Below are positions 28,740 to 38,914 of a stretch of 64,000 bases of DNA, one piece after another; positions within the stretch are counted from its first letter, which is position 1, and each line of letters starts with the position of its first letter. Origin of the DNA: Methanobacteriota archaeon (GTDB lineage Archaea > Thermoplasmatota > Poseidoniia > Poseidoniales > Poseidoniaceae). The translations under genes were made by a program, and so were the position numbers. The notes beneath the pieces are model-generated. The model made no database searches. It saw nothing but the letters and a program-made list of their open reading frames with translations, and was not told the DNA's origin. Location: contig PBHR01000001.1 in assembly GCA_002720275.1 (NCBI GenBank), positions 10,126 to 74,125 of the forward strand. Reading direction: 5' to 3'.

Positions 28740-29260
28740 AATTGGATGACATGAAATTTGTATTTGTTCCTTCAATTGTTAATATTGAGGGTGTTCTTGA
28801 AGGGCTTGGAATTTATTCTAAAGAATCTCTTGCTCTTGACAAATTGAAGAAGAAAATAAGTGAAAACTGGTCTTCTGGGTTTAAAGAAGCACAATTAGTT
28901 ATGTGGACTTTAGATTCTGATGAATCAGAGGCGATTCCATTAAAACATATGTATGCTCAAGTTTGCCCCATTTGTGATGAAAGGACTTTTTGGACCGATG
29001 TTGTTGAGATGAATGCATTATGTTATTTGCCTGCATGCCAAGCATGGATTGAAAGTAGTGACATTGAAGAAGGAAAAGTTGATTGTGGTTGGCCTCCAAT
29101 TGGGTTTACATCACAAGTAGATAGTTTAGAAGATGCACTATCTTCATTAAGGAATTATGGAGCAAAAATAAGAGCTTCTACATCTGATGATTCTGATATA
29201 TTTACTCATAGAACTCTTTTGGAAGAATATGAAAAATCTCTTGAAGAAGACTCTACATAG
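28736..29260 (+). CDS. Cys-containing hypothetical protein co-transcribed (ATGA overlap) with the M28 peptidase
   Basis: CPICDERTFW...CYLPACQAW...VDCGWPP. Confidence 0.4.
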   Translation: MKLDDMKFVFVPSIVNIEGVLEGLGIYSKESLALDKLKKKISENWSSGFKEAQLVMWTLDSDESEAIPLKHMYAQVCPICDERTFWTDVVEMNALCYLPACQAWIESSDIEEGKVDCGWPPIGFTSQVDSLEDALSSLRNYGAKIRASTSDDSDIFTHRTLLEEYEKSLEEDST

Positions 29261-31016
29261 ATTCTAGAGGAATTATACCTAAAGCATTACATCCTCTAAA
29301 AAGAAGTTTGCGTGAGTATTCACTTACTTTGTAATTGAACAAATTAATTTTGGAATCATTAATAATTGGGCAATCCCTGTAAAATAAATTATATGCTGTG
29401 GATAATTCAAGCATATAATAGCAGAAATGATTTGGTTTATTTTCTGAAACACTTTTTTCTATTGCTTCTTCGTACCTGAACATTGTTCGTAATAGTTTTG
29501 AAATGGAATTGTTAATTTCTATTTCTGAAAGTTCTAAGAGTTCATCTTTTAATCCTAAACGTTTCACTTTTTCATTTATTGAGCAAGATCTTGCATGTGA
29601 ATACATTATGAATGGGGCGGAATCAGAATCAAAAGATAACGCGTCATCCCATTTGAATGTGAATCCTTTTTCAGGTGAAACTTTTAGTATATTAAATCTA
29701 ATTGCGGATGAGGCAACTGCTTTTGCAATTTTTAATTTTTCTATTTCTTCAATCTTAATTTTTCTTTCAGAAAGAAGTTTTAATGCAATCTCCTCTGCTT
29801 CAAATATTAAATCATCCATGAAAACTACATTTCCTTTACGGGTAGACATTTTACCTTCTGGTAGTTTGATAAATGCGTAAAATACAACATCTGGAGGTTT
29901 TATCTTTAGTTCATTTAATGCTACAGAAACTTGTTTTGATTGTAATCTATGATCTTCTCCGAGTACATTAATTAGTTTCTCAGCTTTCTTCCATTTCCAT
30001 TGGTGGTATGCTAAATCTCTAGTAGCATAAAGGCTTGAACCGTCACCTCTACGGAAGAAAAATTTAGTTGATTTGCCACTGACTCCCTTTTCTGCAAGCT
30101 CTAAATACTTGGCTCCATTTTCGGCTTCTCCATAAAGTTCAGAGTTTTCTAAATCTTTCATTATTTTATTTACGGAACCATCGATGATGAATTGAGATTC
30201 ATTAGTAAATGAATCATAATTAATACCTAATTTCGATAGTGTTTCTAGCATTCCATCAAGAATTGGTTGGAAAGCATTATTGAATTTTGTAAGGACTTCT
30301 TCATCACCTTCTTCTGATTTATTTATTATGTCAGTTAGTTCATTTTCAATTTTTTGATTATCTTTTCTAATAATATTTGCTGCTTGATACCAACGTACTC
30401 TTATGTGGTCTTCTTTATTTTTCCACATCGGGTTTAAATCATCTATTTGGTTGTTTTTTAGTATTCTTTCAACCTCATCTACAGAAATATTTTCAATTGC
30501 CCAAGATAAAATACCTACTTGTTTCCCCATATCGTCTACATAATATTCGGCAATTACTTCATTTCCTAAATCTCTATTTAATCTGACAAGACAATCACCT
30601 AAAATAGCGTTTCTTGCTCTTCCAACGTGAAAAGGGCCATTTGGATTTGCAGATGTATGTTCAATTAAAATATTCTTTTTGTCAACGTTCTCAAAAAATT
30701 CATAGTTTTCTAAAAATAGTTTATTAGCAAGCCATTTGGGATTTGATGAAAAATTTACATAACCATTTAATGATTTTACTTCTATGTCTTCATTACTAAA
30801 TTCATTTATTTTTTTTGAAATATTCTCTGCTATTTTAACTGGGTTTTCTTTCAAAACTTTAGCTAATGAAAAACAGGGTATACAAAGATCACATACACTT
30901 CTATCTCTTGGGTCTTGAATTAAATCTTCATAATTTTCAATTTCTAAACCATAATGTTGGAGCGCTTTCCCAATGATTGGTTTAATTTTCTTTTTTAGAA
31001 CTTTCATTAAAATCAA
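29253..31016 (-). CDS. argS: Arginyl-tRNA synthetase
   Basis: Class I HIGH variant ANPNGPFHVGRARNAILGD and C-terminal KMSTRKG. 587 aa. Confidence 0.85.
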   Translation of the reverse strand: MILMKVLKKKIKPIIGKALQHYGLEIENYEDLIQDPRDRSVCDLCIPCFSLAKVLKENPVKIAENISKKINEFSNEDIEVKSLNGYVNFSSNPKWLANKLFLENYEFFENVDKKNILIEHTSANPNGPFHVGRARNAILGDCLVRLNRDLGNEVIAEYYVDDMGKQVGILSWAIENISVDEVERILKNNQIDDLNPMWKNKEDHIRVRWYQAANIIRKDNQKIENELTDIINKSEEGDEEVLTKFNNAFQPILDGMLETLSKLGINYDSFTNESQFIIDGSVNKIMKDLENSELYGEAENGAKYLELAEKGVSGKSTKFFFRRGDGSSLYATRDLAYHQWKWKKAEKLINVLGEDHRLQSKQVSVALNELKIKPPDVVFYAFIKLPEGKMSTRKGNVVFMDDLIFEAEEIALKLLSERKIKIEEIEKLKIAKAVASSAIRFNILKVSPEKGFTFKWDDALSFDSDSAPFIMYSHARSCSINEKVKRLGLKDELLELSEIEINNSISKLLRTMFRYEEAIEKSVSENKPNHFCYYMLELSTAYNLFYRDCPIINDSKINLFNYKVSEYSRKLLFRGCNALGIIPLESM

Positions 31017-32260
31017 CTCATTGGATATCTTAGCATTGCGGCAATTCCCCCAAAACCTCTATAGAGTGTTGCACCTTCTTCAGTATCTGTTGAAATTAAT
31101 ATTGTTTTCCCAGAAGATCTTGAAGCAATTTCTGTTAATTCATCAACTAGTGATTTAGAACTTATTTCATTAATATTTTCACCATCATTGTTACATGATG
31201 GACATGAGGGAAGTGGTTCCATTCTATTTATGCTGGCTTCCCATTTATGTTTACACTCTTTGCACTCAAGGACTAGTATTTGTTTTCTTAAATTTTCAGA
31301 TAATAATAGGGTATTTACTGCTCCTTGATTTAAAGCCTCAATAACTAATTTTTCTCCATAAGTGGCTTTTGGGTAGGGTTTTATAACTTCCATCAAGAAT
31401 TTTTCAACAACTCTTCTTTCTCCATCAAGTTCAATTTCTTCCATTACTGAGCCAGCATTTTCAACTAGTTCTCTAAGTCCACTTTCATTACTATAACCTA
31501 CATCAAACCTCGTTGAGATAATCTTTTTTTGTATTTCATGATGAAAATAATTCCTATTTACAACATAATCTTTTGTTGCCCCAGGACCACCTACAATAAT
31601 TCCCTTAATGTCTGTGATTAATGGTAACCAGTAATTACAAGCTCTCTCAGCAGATTTCTTGAAAAAATTATGCGCTGCTTCTTCAATTAATCTTTCAAAC
31701 CTTTGTGCAGATTGTCCGCCCCTGCCATGTTTTGAAGGAACTTGTGATGGCAAGTATTCTTGAACGTGTATTTTTTTTCCACTTGCAATCCCATAGCAAG
31801 ATTCAGATCTGTCAATCACAAAAAGTCCATAAGAGGCTTTTTCAATTAACATGTCTTCAAGTTGGTCTAATTCAAATGTAGAATCACACCTATATCTTAC
31901 AGATTGAATTTCATCGGGTGGATCATCAATTGTGATGTTAATCATTCTAGTTTTATTATTTCCAACAATTATTGCACCTACGAAGATAGCTAAACCCCTT
32001 TCACCAGCATTTTTGTAATTATTTAGTGTTGAAAGAGCAGATTCAATAGCACCTTGTACATTTTTTTTAGTGCTTTTTGATTTAATATTGGCAGCTTGAC
32101 CATGCTCATTTTGTAATAATTGTCTAACATCAGAAATTTGTCTGTCAGGGGGAAGGTAAACTGTAACAAGTTCAGTTCCTGAACCTTTCATATTTCTTAG
32201 TTCTTCTAAATTGAACTTTAGTTTTAGGCGTCTATTTTGCTTATCATCATCGTCAGCCAT
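31013..32260 (-). CDS. prf1: Peptide chain release factor aRF1
   Basis: NIKS motif (GQAANIKSKSTKK) and GGQ motif (GRGGQSAQRF). Extra Cys4 ribbon CKECKHKW...CPSCNN in the C-terminal domain. 4-nt overlap with argS. Confidence 0.9.
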   Translation of the reverse strand: MADDDDKQNRRLKLKFNLEELRNMKGSGTELVTVYLPPDRQISDVRQLLQNEHGQAANIKSKSTKKNVQGAIESALSTLNNYKNAGERGLAIFVGAIIVGNNKTRMINITIDDPPDEIQSVRYRCDSTFELDQLEDMLIEKASYGLFVIDRSESCYGIASGKKIHVQEYLPSQVPSKHGRGGQSAQRFERLIEEAAHNFFKKSAERACNYWLPLITDIKGIIVGGPGATKDYVVNRNYFHHEIQKKIISTRFDVGYSNESGLRELVENAGSVMEEIELDGERRVVEKFLMEVIKPYPKATYGEKLVIEALNQGAVNTLLLSENLRKQILVLECKECKHKWEASINRMEPLPSCPSCNNDGENINEISSKSLVDELTEIASRSSGKTILISTDTEEGATLYRGFGGIAAMLRYPMS

Positions 32261-32400
32261 ACTACGCCCTCAACCTTGGTCGTGTAATACCCCTTGTGAA
32301 TATGTCGGCTAAGTGCGACATAATCTATTAATTCGGCTTATAGGGATTAATTAACAGATAAAGCAATAACCTCTATACTAAGTGTTTAAGGTTGAATGTC

Positions 32401-33114
32401 ATGCAGGATACAATTGTAATTGCTTTAGGGGGTAGCCTTCTTTCTAGTGATGAAAGTGATAAAATTGATTTGTGGAAAATTGATTTTGTTAATTTAATTG
32501 GTTCTGTTTTGGATTCAGGTATGAAAATATTTATTGTTGTAGGAGGAGGTAAGTTGGCAAGAATAAATATTTCTAAAGCCAAAAAAGAGGGGGTGGATGA
32601 TGAGTTTAAGTTGGATTTAATTGGGATTGATGCTACTAGAGAAAATGCTAGAGAAATAATAGAATTGTTCCAAAATGTTCAAAATTTAAATAAAAATGTA
32701 CCCCAATCTATTGAGGAGGTCTCAAAGTCTTTTGAAAATTATGATTTGACAATAATGGGCGGTACGGTTCCAGGGCATACCACAGATACTGTTGCAATAA
32801 AATTAGCCAAAGAAATAAAATCTAAATTAGTTGTAATTGCAACTAATGTTAGCCACGTTTATACTGGAGATCCAAGGAAAGATAGAAATGCAACTCCAAT
32901 TGAAAAATTATCACTAAAAGAGTTAGGGGAGCTTTCAGGTGTTGGGAAATCAATACAGCCAGGATCTTCTTTTGCAGTAGATCCTATTGGTGTAAGTTTA
33001 GCAATGGATAATAATTTACCACTTGTTATATTAAATGGTCATGATGTGGAGAATTTGAGAAAAGCAATTTATGGCGAACCTTTCAAAGGTACAATAGTTT
33101 ATGGTGATGATTAA
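32401..33114 (+). CDS. pyrH: Uridylate (UMP) kinase
   Basis: IVIALGGSLL...IFIVVGGGKLAR...IMGGTVPGHTTD amino-acid-kinase fold motifs. Confidence 0.8.
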   Translation: MQDTIVIALGGSLLSSDESDKIDLWKIDFVNLIGSVLDSGMKIFIVVGGGKLARINISKAKKEGVDDEFKLDLIGIDATRENAREIIELFQNVQNLNKNVPQSIEEVSKSFENYDLTIMGGTVPGHTTDTVAIKLAKEIKSKLVVIATNVSHVYTGDPRKDRNATPIEKLSLKELGELSGVGKSIQPGSSFAVDPIGVSLAMDNNLPLVILNGHDVENLRKAIYGEPFKGTIVYGDD

Positions 33115-33434
33115 TGGTAAGTGGTAAAAGTCTAAAGGACGCTGTTAAGAAATCTGCTGATAAATTAGCAAAAAATGCTGCTAAGGGTGCCGAAACAATG
33201 AAAAAAGCAACAGTTGGCAAGTATTCTAATTCTAAAAACTTGAAAGACCATAAACATTGTAGAGAATGTGGGAAAATGATATCTCCATCTACTGACGGTT
33301 TGTTGTGTAAGTCTCAAGAGTGTATTGATAAATTCGAGAAGAATTTGAAAGTTAAGAAGCAGTTAAGGTTGTGGATGATTGTTTTGGTTATAGCAATTCT
33401 TGGTGGAAACCTATTTCAAATGGGGATAATTTAA
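33114..33434 (+). CDS. Small zinc-ribbon protein with C-terminal TM
   Basis: CRECGKMISPSTDGLLCKSQEC, then LWMIVLVIAILGG. Confidence 0.35.
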   Translation: MVSGKSLKDAVKKSADKLAKNAAKGAETMKKATVGKYSNSKNLKDHKHCRECGKMISPSTDGLLCKSQECIDKFEKNLKVKKQLRLWMIVLVIAILGGNLFQMGII

Positions 33435-33442
33435 TTTAAAAG

Positions 33443-33991
33443 GTGAACATTATGAGGATAGCTCCATTAATCATTGGAATCATTTTGATGCTGGTTACGA
33501 TTGCAGGTATAATTGGTTATAGTGGTAATGGTGATCAAGAAATACCTGTAATTCCATGCCCTACAAACCCGCCACAAATGGATAAATGTTATGCTGGAAT
33601 GACTTTGTCTGATTTGGAAATACCTACACAATTCTCAATATTGTCTATAAAAATTTCAATTGAGTGGTCACAATCTGAATCTACTTGGGTTGGAGTTATC
33701 CCAGCAAGTGATGCAGTTGAATGCCCCCCAGATGACATTGGTTTAACTTCCTGTGAAGCAGAACAGTTAAATTTTCAAGCAGGTGGTGCAGATTCTGTTG
33801 GTTCTGATGGGTTAGAATGGGATGTAGACCCTGGAAAATATAGATTAGCAACAGGAAGTATTAGTTCACAAGCAAATCCTTCTGTTGCAAATATAGTAAG
33901 TTATGATTATGATGTTAGATTAAACCTTCTTGTGGCACTTGCTACCTTTTTATTTAGTAGTGCGATGCTGGTTGCTGGCATAGAATTTTAA
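33443..33991 (+). CDS. Membrane/secreted protein, hypothetical
   Basis: N- and C-terminal hydrophobic helices. Confidence 0.35.
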   Translation: MNIMRIAPLIIGIILMLVTIAGIIGYSGNGDQEIPVIPCPTNPPQMDKCYAGMTLSDLEIPTQFSILSIKISIEWSQSESTWVGVIPASDAVECPPDDIGLTSCEAEQLNFQAGGADSVGSDGLEWDVDPGKYRLATGSISSQANPSVANIVSYDYDVRLNLLVALATFLFSSAMLVAGIEF

Positions 33992-35112
33992 TTATCTTTA
34001 TCTGATCTATACCAACCATCTGGTAATTCAAGAGGGTTACTATTTTCAGATTGTTTTATTTTATTGATGATATAATATTTTATTGATTCTAATCCAAAAT
34101 TTTCTTTCGTACTAATCATGATGTTATTGGTTTCTTTGTTTCTTAAAAATGTAATATTTGAATATTCTGCATCTTCAAAATCTATGTTAGTTTCTGCTGA
34201 CTTAAACTCATCTAACTCTTTTTCATCTATTTCAACCAAGTCCGCTTTAGTTTCTATTATTAATATCTCTTTTTGTTTAAGTAATTTTTTAACATCATCT
34301 AATAAATTATTTTGTTCTTTAATCGTGGTTCCACATTCTTCAGTATAATCCATTACAAATAATACAATACTTCCTATATGTTCTAATGCTGCTATTGCTT
34401 GAAGCTCAATATTGTTTCTTTCTTTCATAGGTCTATCTAGTAAACCAGGAGTATCTACAATTTGGTATTTCAATCTCCTATGTTCAAAATGACCTAGGTG
34501 TAATTGTTTGGTAGTAAATGGGTAGGATGCTACTTCTGGTTTTCCTGTTGATAAAGATGAAATTAAAGCAGATTTTCCAACATTAGGAGCACCAGTTACG
34601 ACAATGCAAGGATTATTGTAATCTATAGATGGCAATTTTTTCAAGGTTTCTCTTGCTGAATTAAGCCATTTAAGGCTATTTGAAGTTTGATTAACTATGC
34701 TACTGATTCTGCCATATGCTTCTCTTCTTGTTTTATGCATGAATTCTATATTTCCCGTTTTTGTAATCTTTTCTATGTTCTGTTTTGCTACAGATCTAAT
34801 CTGTTTTGAACACCATTGTAACATGCTTAAATTATGTTTATATTCGTCTAGTCCTACTGCAGCATCAATTAATGCGATATCAAATAGTTCAATATGATCT
34901 AAACTTGGCCAACTTTGAACATGACTCATTAATTGTTCAGCAATTGTGTCAACAGATGCTTGAATCATTCTAGTCATTTGTTTTTTAACTCTAAATGTTT
35001 TATTTGGATCATATACATTCTCTGATGCTTTTCTACCATTTGAAAAACCTTTATCCAAAATTTCTTCTGAGAAAGGAATTGTAGCTAGTTTTTTCCATGG
35101 TATGGCAGTCAT
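33988..35112 (-). CDS. Nog1-family GTPase
   Basis: P-loop GAPNVGKSALIS, DTPGLLD, and NOG1-type N-terminal domain (IPFSEEILDKGF). Confidence 0.7.
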   Translation of the reverse strand: MTAIPWKKLATIPFSEEILDKGFSNGRKASENVYDPNKTFRVKKQMTRMIQASVDTIAEQLMSHVQSWPSLDHIELFDIALIDAAVGLDEYKHNLSMLQWCSKQIRSVAKQNIEKITKTGNIEFMHKTRREAYGRISSIVNQTSNSLKWLNSARETLKKLPSIDYNNPCIVVTGAPNVGKSALISSLSTGKPEVASYPFTTKQLHLGHFEHRRLKYQIVDTPGLLDRPMKERNNIELQAIAALEHIGSIVLFVMDYTEECGTTIKEQNNLLDDVKKLLKQKEILIIETKADLVEIDEKELDEFKSAETNIDFEDAEYSNITFLRNKETNNIMISTKENFGLESIKYYIINKIKQSENSNPLELPDGWYRSDKDN

Positions 35113-35181
35113 TTGCTCCCCTCTTGAACATACGTGGTTGTGCTTTGTTTTTAGCGAGATAGTACAATTTTCAAAATAGAG

Positions 35182-35676
35182 TTGTTTTTACAGGATGAAC
35201 TTTTCCACTGGTTAAGTGATATGGTGACAGGTCGAAGAAAACGTCGTTCAGAAGTGAAATTACCAGATTGGGCTATTCCATTATGGGAAGAATTGGGATG
35301 TCCCGATATCGAAGCAAATTCTGATGTTCTTGAAGGTTCATTATTGAATCGTAGGCATGGATTGAGGATGGATGATATTATTGAAATTGAATTAGATGCA
35401 AGAGCATATCCAAAAGATAGTGAGTTGAAAATTAAGGGTAGATTGATGTCCAGTGGTAAAAATATGATTGAAATTAAAAGTGATGAGGGTGATGTAAGTT
35501 ATGTTGCTAAAGATGTAATCGTTCGAATGAAATTAGTTGCACATATGAGGCCACCATATATTGATGACGAGGAATTAATTGCGTACGAAAAAGAAGATCA
35601 AAAAAGACGTACAAAATTGCATGAACGAATAGAAAAGAAAACACAAGGTGCTAATGACAGTCATTTATGGGGATAA
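35182..35676 (+). CDS. Hypothetical protein
   Basis: 164-aa ORF. Confidence 0.35.
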   Translation: MFLQDELFHWLSDMVTGRRKRRSEVKLPDWAIPLWEELGCPDIEANSDVLEGSLLNRRHGLRMDDIIEIELDARAYPKDSELKIKGRLMSSGKNMIEIKSDEGDVSYVAKDVIVRMKLVAHMRPPYIDDEELIAYEKEDQKRRTKLHERIEKKTQGANDSHLWG

Positions 35677-35677
35677 T

Positions 35678-36010
35678 ATGGGGCTTTACAAAAAAAAATG
35701 CATCCCTTGTGAAGGAAACACTCCTCCTTTAAATGATGATGAAATAAAACCTCTGATGTTAGAGATTGATAGTGATTGGAGAGTATTAAATTCTCATCAT
35801 CTAAAGAGGGAATTTAAATTTGACGATTTTCAAAAAGCATTGGATTTTGTAAATGTTGTTGGGGAAATCTGTGAAAATACGGGTCATCATGCTAATTTTG
35901 AATTTGGTTGGGGTTTTGTAATTATATTAATTTGGACTCATAAGATTGATGGTTTGACAGAGTCAGATTTCATTTTAGCATCAATAATTGACCAATCACT
36001 TAAGGATTGA
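35678..36010 (+). CDS. Pterin-4a-carbinolamine dehydratase (PCD/DCoH)
   Basis: CIPCEG...TPPL...W...REFKF.DF..A..F...V...E...GHHANFEFGWGFV matches the PCD fold. Start taken at the ATG overlapping the upstream stop (TAATATG). Confidence 0.6.
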   Translation: MGLYKKKCIPCEGNTPPLNDDEIKPLMLEIDSDWRVLNSHHLKREFKFDDFQKALDFVNVVGEICENTGHHANFEFGWGFVIILIWTHKIDGLTESDFILASIIDQSLKD

Positions 36011-36016
36011 TTTTTC

Positions 36017-36589
36017 ATGTCTGATGTGCAAAAAAATATTGTCGGTAGGAGAACAATATACCGGTTTATAGAAAAAGAAGTTGAAAATAAACATCTGGAA
36101 ATTGCATTTGAAGCTGCACGCTTTGCACCATCACATAAACATACAAATCCTTGGAAGTTTTATGTAATGGGACCAGAAACTAGAAATTTATTAATGCCCG
36201 TTGTAGAGCAATTATCTAGGAAAAAATGTATTGATAATAATTTGGAAATTAATGATGAAATACTCAAAAGAGCTAGAAATAAAATTCTTAAGGCGCCTGC
36301 TTTAGTTGCGGTAACAACTTCATTATCTCCTAATGATCTATTTAGAGAAGAAGAAGATTATGCTGCAAGTGTGTGTGCAATTCATAATTTCATACTATCT
36401 TTGTGGGGGCAAGGAATTGGGTGTCAATGGAGCACTGGGTCGATTACTAGACATCAAATAATATACGATTCTTTAGGAATTTCTCATGAAAAAGAACGTA
36501 TTATTGGTTTGTTAAAGATTGGTTATCCTGAAAAAATACCTGAACCTAAAAAGAAAGAACTTTCACAAATAAGATTTTATTTAGATTAA
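36017..36589 (+). CDS. Nitroreductase-family protein
   Basis: RRTIYRFIEKEV...AFEAARFAPSHKHTNPWKFYV. Confidence 0.6.
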   Translation: MSDVQKNIVGRRTIYRFIEKEVENKHLEIAFEAARFAPSHKHTNPWKFYVMGPETRNLLMPVVEQLSRKKCIDNNLEINDEILKRARNKILKAPALVAVTTSLSPNDLFREEEDYAASVCAIHNFILSLWGQGIGCQWSTGSITRHQIIYDSLGISHEKERIIGLLKIGYPEKIPEPKKKELSQIRFYLD

Positions 36590-36606
36590 TAATTGTATTT
36601 CAAGTA

Positions 36607-36978
36607 TCAAGGCCCACCTGCTGCAAAAATGATACCATAATATTCGAATAGTCTAATCAGAGAAATTAATGCAGATGTGTACATTATGGTATAGGCCATT
36701 GTTGAAACTGCTTTATCAGTCAACTCTATTTTCAGATACTTCTTTGATAAACCACCAATAAATGTCCCTTCTTTTTCTTCATTATTTCTTAACCTCTTTT
36801 CAATATTTGTAAGTTCACACTTACCATTATTTGTTTTCCAGTGAATATGGAATAGAGGAGCCATTATCACAATTGAGTATAAGATAAATAAGTTGTTTGT
36901 AATCCAACCAAAAGTCATGTATAAAATAAGTAATATGTGTAAAATTTTAACAATTTCGGCCAAAAAATTATTATTCAT
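36607..36978 (-). CDS. Small polytopic membrane protein, hypothetical
   Basis: Three or four hydrophobic helices. Confidence 0.3.
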   Translation of the reverse strand: MNNNFLAEIVKILHILLILYMTFGWITNNLFILYSIVIMAPLFHIHWKTNNGKCELTNIEKRLRNNEEKEGTFIGGLSKKYLKIELTDKAVSTMAYTIMYTSALISLIRLFEYYGIIFAAGGP

Positions 36979-37041
36979 TTATGTAACACTCCTGCCTATA
37001 TTTCTCTTCGTTAACTGATGGTAAAAGGTTGTATGGGTGAT

Positions 37042-38037
37042 TTAACCAATTAATGGTGATTTAGTTTGACTTAATCTTCTTTCTGACTCTTTAACGTCTA
37101 ATTTCCTTACAATTGAAAATCCAATTATTGAATAAATCAACAAAAACATCCAATATTTCCCAAATAAAAATATGCAAGCAAATGTGGATATTGAACTAAA
37201 CCAAAATGCACTTACGGTGATTCTCAATGCATTCGATTCAATTCCTTTACCTAAAACATACCATTGCCAACCCCTTTTCCATAGTTTTTTAAAAATTAGT
37301 AATGAAACATTCGGCAAAAATTTCCGTATCTTTAATTTTGATTTTTCTCCTTTGTAAATGCTTTTGACAGGCACCTCTTTTAATTTGAAACTTCGCCTTC
37401 CTGATTCTAATAGCCACCAATTGGTATATCCATAATCATCCCATGTATTACTAAAATCCCAAAGTTTAATCATTTCTAAATCAATTGCTCTATAGCCGCA
37501 TTGAGTATCATTTATGAATGGGTATCCACTTGCAAGTCTCATTAATTTCTTAAGTAAATAACTTCCGAATTTTCTTATTTTAGGCATTCCTTCTAGTCCA
37601 ATTCGATTTCCTTTAACGTGGTCTGCAGTGTTATTAATAATTGGTTTTGTTAGATTAGGAATGTCATTTGGATCCATTTGGCCATCAGAATCCATAATTA
37701 GGACAACCCATTTTTCTTTATCTGGGAAGTATTTTTCTAATTTTTTATTTTTTTCAAGTATTATTAGTTCTTTTAATCCATTAAATACCGCAGATCCAAC
37801 TCCAAGGTTTTCTTGATTTAAAATTTTGAAACTTAATTTAGATTTTGAATTTCCTAGTTCTTTTCTTCCACTTTTAATTAAACATTTTTGGGCAATTTTT
37901 AATGTTGAGTCCGTAGAACCATCATTTATGAATAAAACAAAGTCTATTGCGTTAGGTATTGATGAAATTGTATCTTCTACATAACGTTCTTCGTTATGGG
38001 CAGGCATTATTAATGCTATTCCGTGTTGTTCTGACAC
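37042..38037 (-). CDS. Family 2 glycosyltransferase (polyprenyl-phosphate sugar synthase-like) with C-terminal TM helices
   Basis: IALIMPAHNEERYV...DGSTDST...DSDGQMDP (DxD) and hydrophobic C-terminus. Confidence 0.75.
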   Translation of the reverse strand: MSEQHGIALIMPAHNEERYVEDTISSIPNAIDFVLFINDGSTDSTLKIAQKCLIKSGRKELGNSKSKLSFKILNQENLGVGSAVFNGLKELIILEKNKKLEKYFPDKEKWVVLIMDSDGQMDPNDIPNLTKPIINNTADHVKGNRIGLEGMPKIRKFGSYLLKKLMRLASGYPFINDTQCGYRAIDLEMIKLWDFSNTWDDYGYTNWWLLESGRRSFKLKEVPVKSIYKGEKSKLKIRKFLPNVSLLIFKKLWKRGWQWYVLGKGIESNALRITVSAFWFSSISTFACIFLFGKYWMFLLIYSIIGFSIVRKLDVKESERRLSQTKSPLIG

Positions 38038-38134
38038 AACTTCCGGATTAGTTATTTACTTTCAATTTAGTTGGTAAATGTCACATCTTTTCAAAAATTG
38101 TATAACCATTTACAGTTAGGGTGTAAATATTAGC

Positions 38135-38905
38135 ATGCACGTCTCATTTATTTGCTCAAATCAAATCTTTAAGATAAGTTCATTTGTATTGTATGCAAAA
38201 AAATTTGTTGAGAGTGTTAGTGTAATAGCTTTTGAATCTAGTGAGATATATTCAAAATATTGTGAAAAATTGGGCGTGGATTTTCATTTTTCAAATATTG
38301 AGGATGATTTTTACAGTACAATCTCCTCTAAAAATTCTGATGAAGAATTCATATTTATTAATATAGAAGATATCAGTTTTAAAAAATTAGAGCATATTTT
38401 TAGTTTGGATTTTAAAACTTTCAAAGATGTTGAAGTAAATCTTTCAAACAACAAAAATAATCGAAAAATTATCGGGAATCGAGAAAAATGTTTAAAAAAC
38501 TCAAAAAATTTAAAAAATATTACATGGATTTATTTTAATAAAAACGGTTTAGAAAAATTCGGTTCGGGGGCCACTTTAAACGATCTCCCCTCTATTAATT
38601 TTAATTTAGATTATTTTGAAAATTCTAATTATTCTAAGGTTGCTAAAAAAGTAGAAATCAATATTTTCAAATTAAATAAACCATTGTTATTTTTTGGAGT
38701 TCCAGGAATTTTATTGATTCTTTCATCATTTATTTTAGTTTCAAATGTCGTTTCAAAGTATGAATCTATAGATTCTGTATCTCTTGGAACTGCAATAATT
38801 ACAATTGGTACTACTGTGATTGGAATTTTGTCGTTAATGTCTGCAATAATTTCTTATGTTTTAGGGAAACAAACAGAATTTTTATTGACCAACTATTCCG
38901 AATGA
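38135..38905 (+). CDS. Hypothetical protein with C-terminal TM helices
   Basis: Asn/Lys-rich soluble part, two C-terminal TM segments. Confidence 0.35.
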   Translation: MHVSFICSNQIFKISSFVLYAKKFVESVSVIAFESSEIYSKYCEKLGVDFHFSNIEDDFYSTISSKNSDEEFIFINIEDISFKKLEHIFSLDFKTFKDVEVNLSNNKNNRKIIGNREKCLKNSKNLKNITWIYFNKNGLEKFGSGATLNDLPSINFNLDYFENSNYSKVAKKVEINIFKLNKPLLFFGVPGILLILSSFILVSNVVSKYESIDSVSLGTAIITIGTTVIGILSLMSAIISYVLGKQTEFLLTNYSE

Positions 38906-38914
38906 GGTGAAATA

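Noticed and set aside
32300-32330. Inverted repeat ATGTCG-gctaagtg-CGACAT in the aRF1/pyrH divergent region
   Set aside because: Only 6 bp with an 8-nt loop. Could be chance. Noted but not promoted to a finding.
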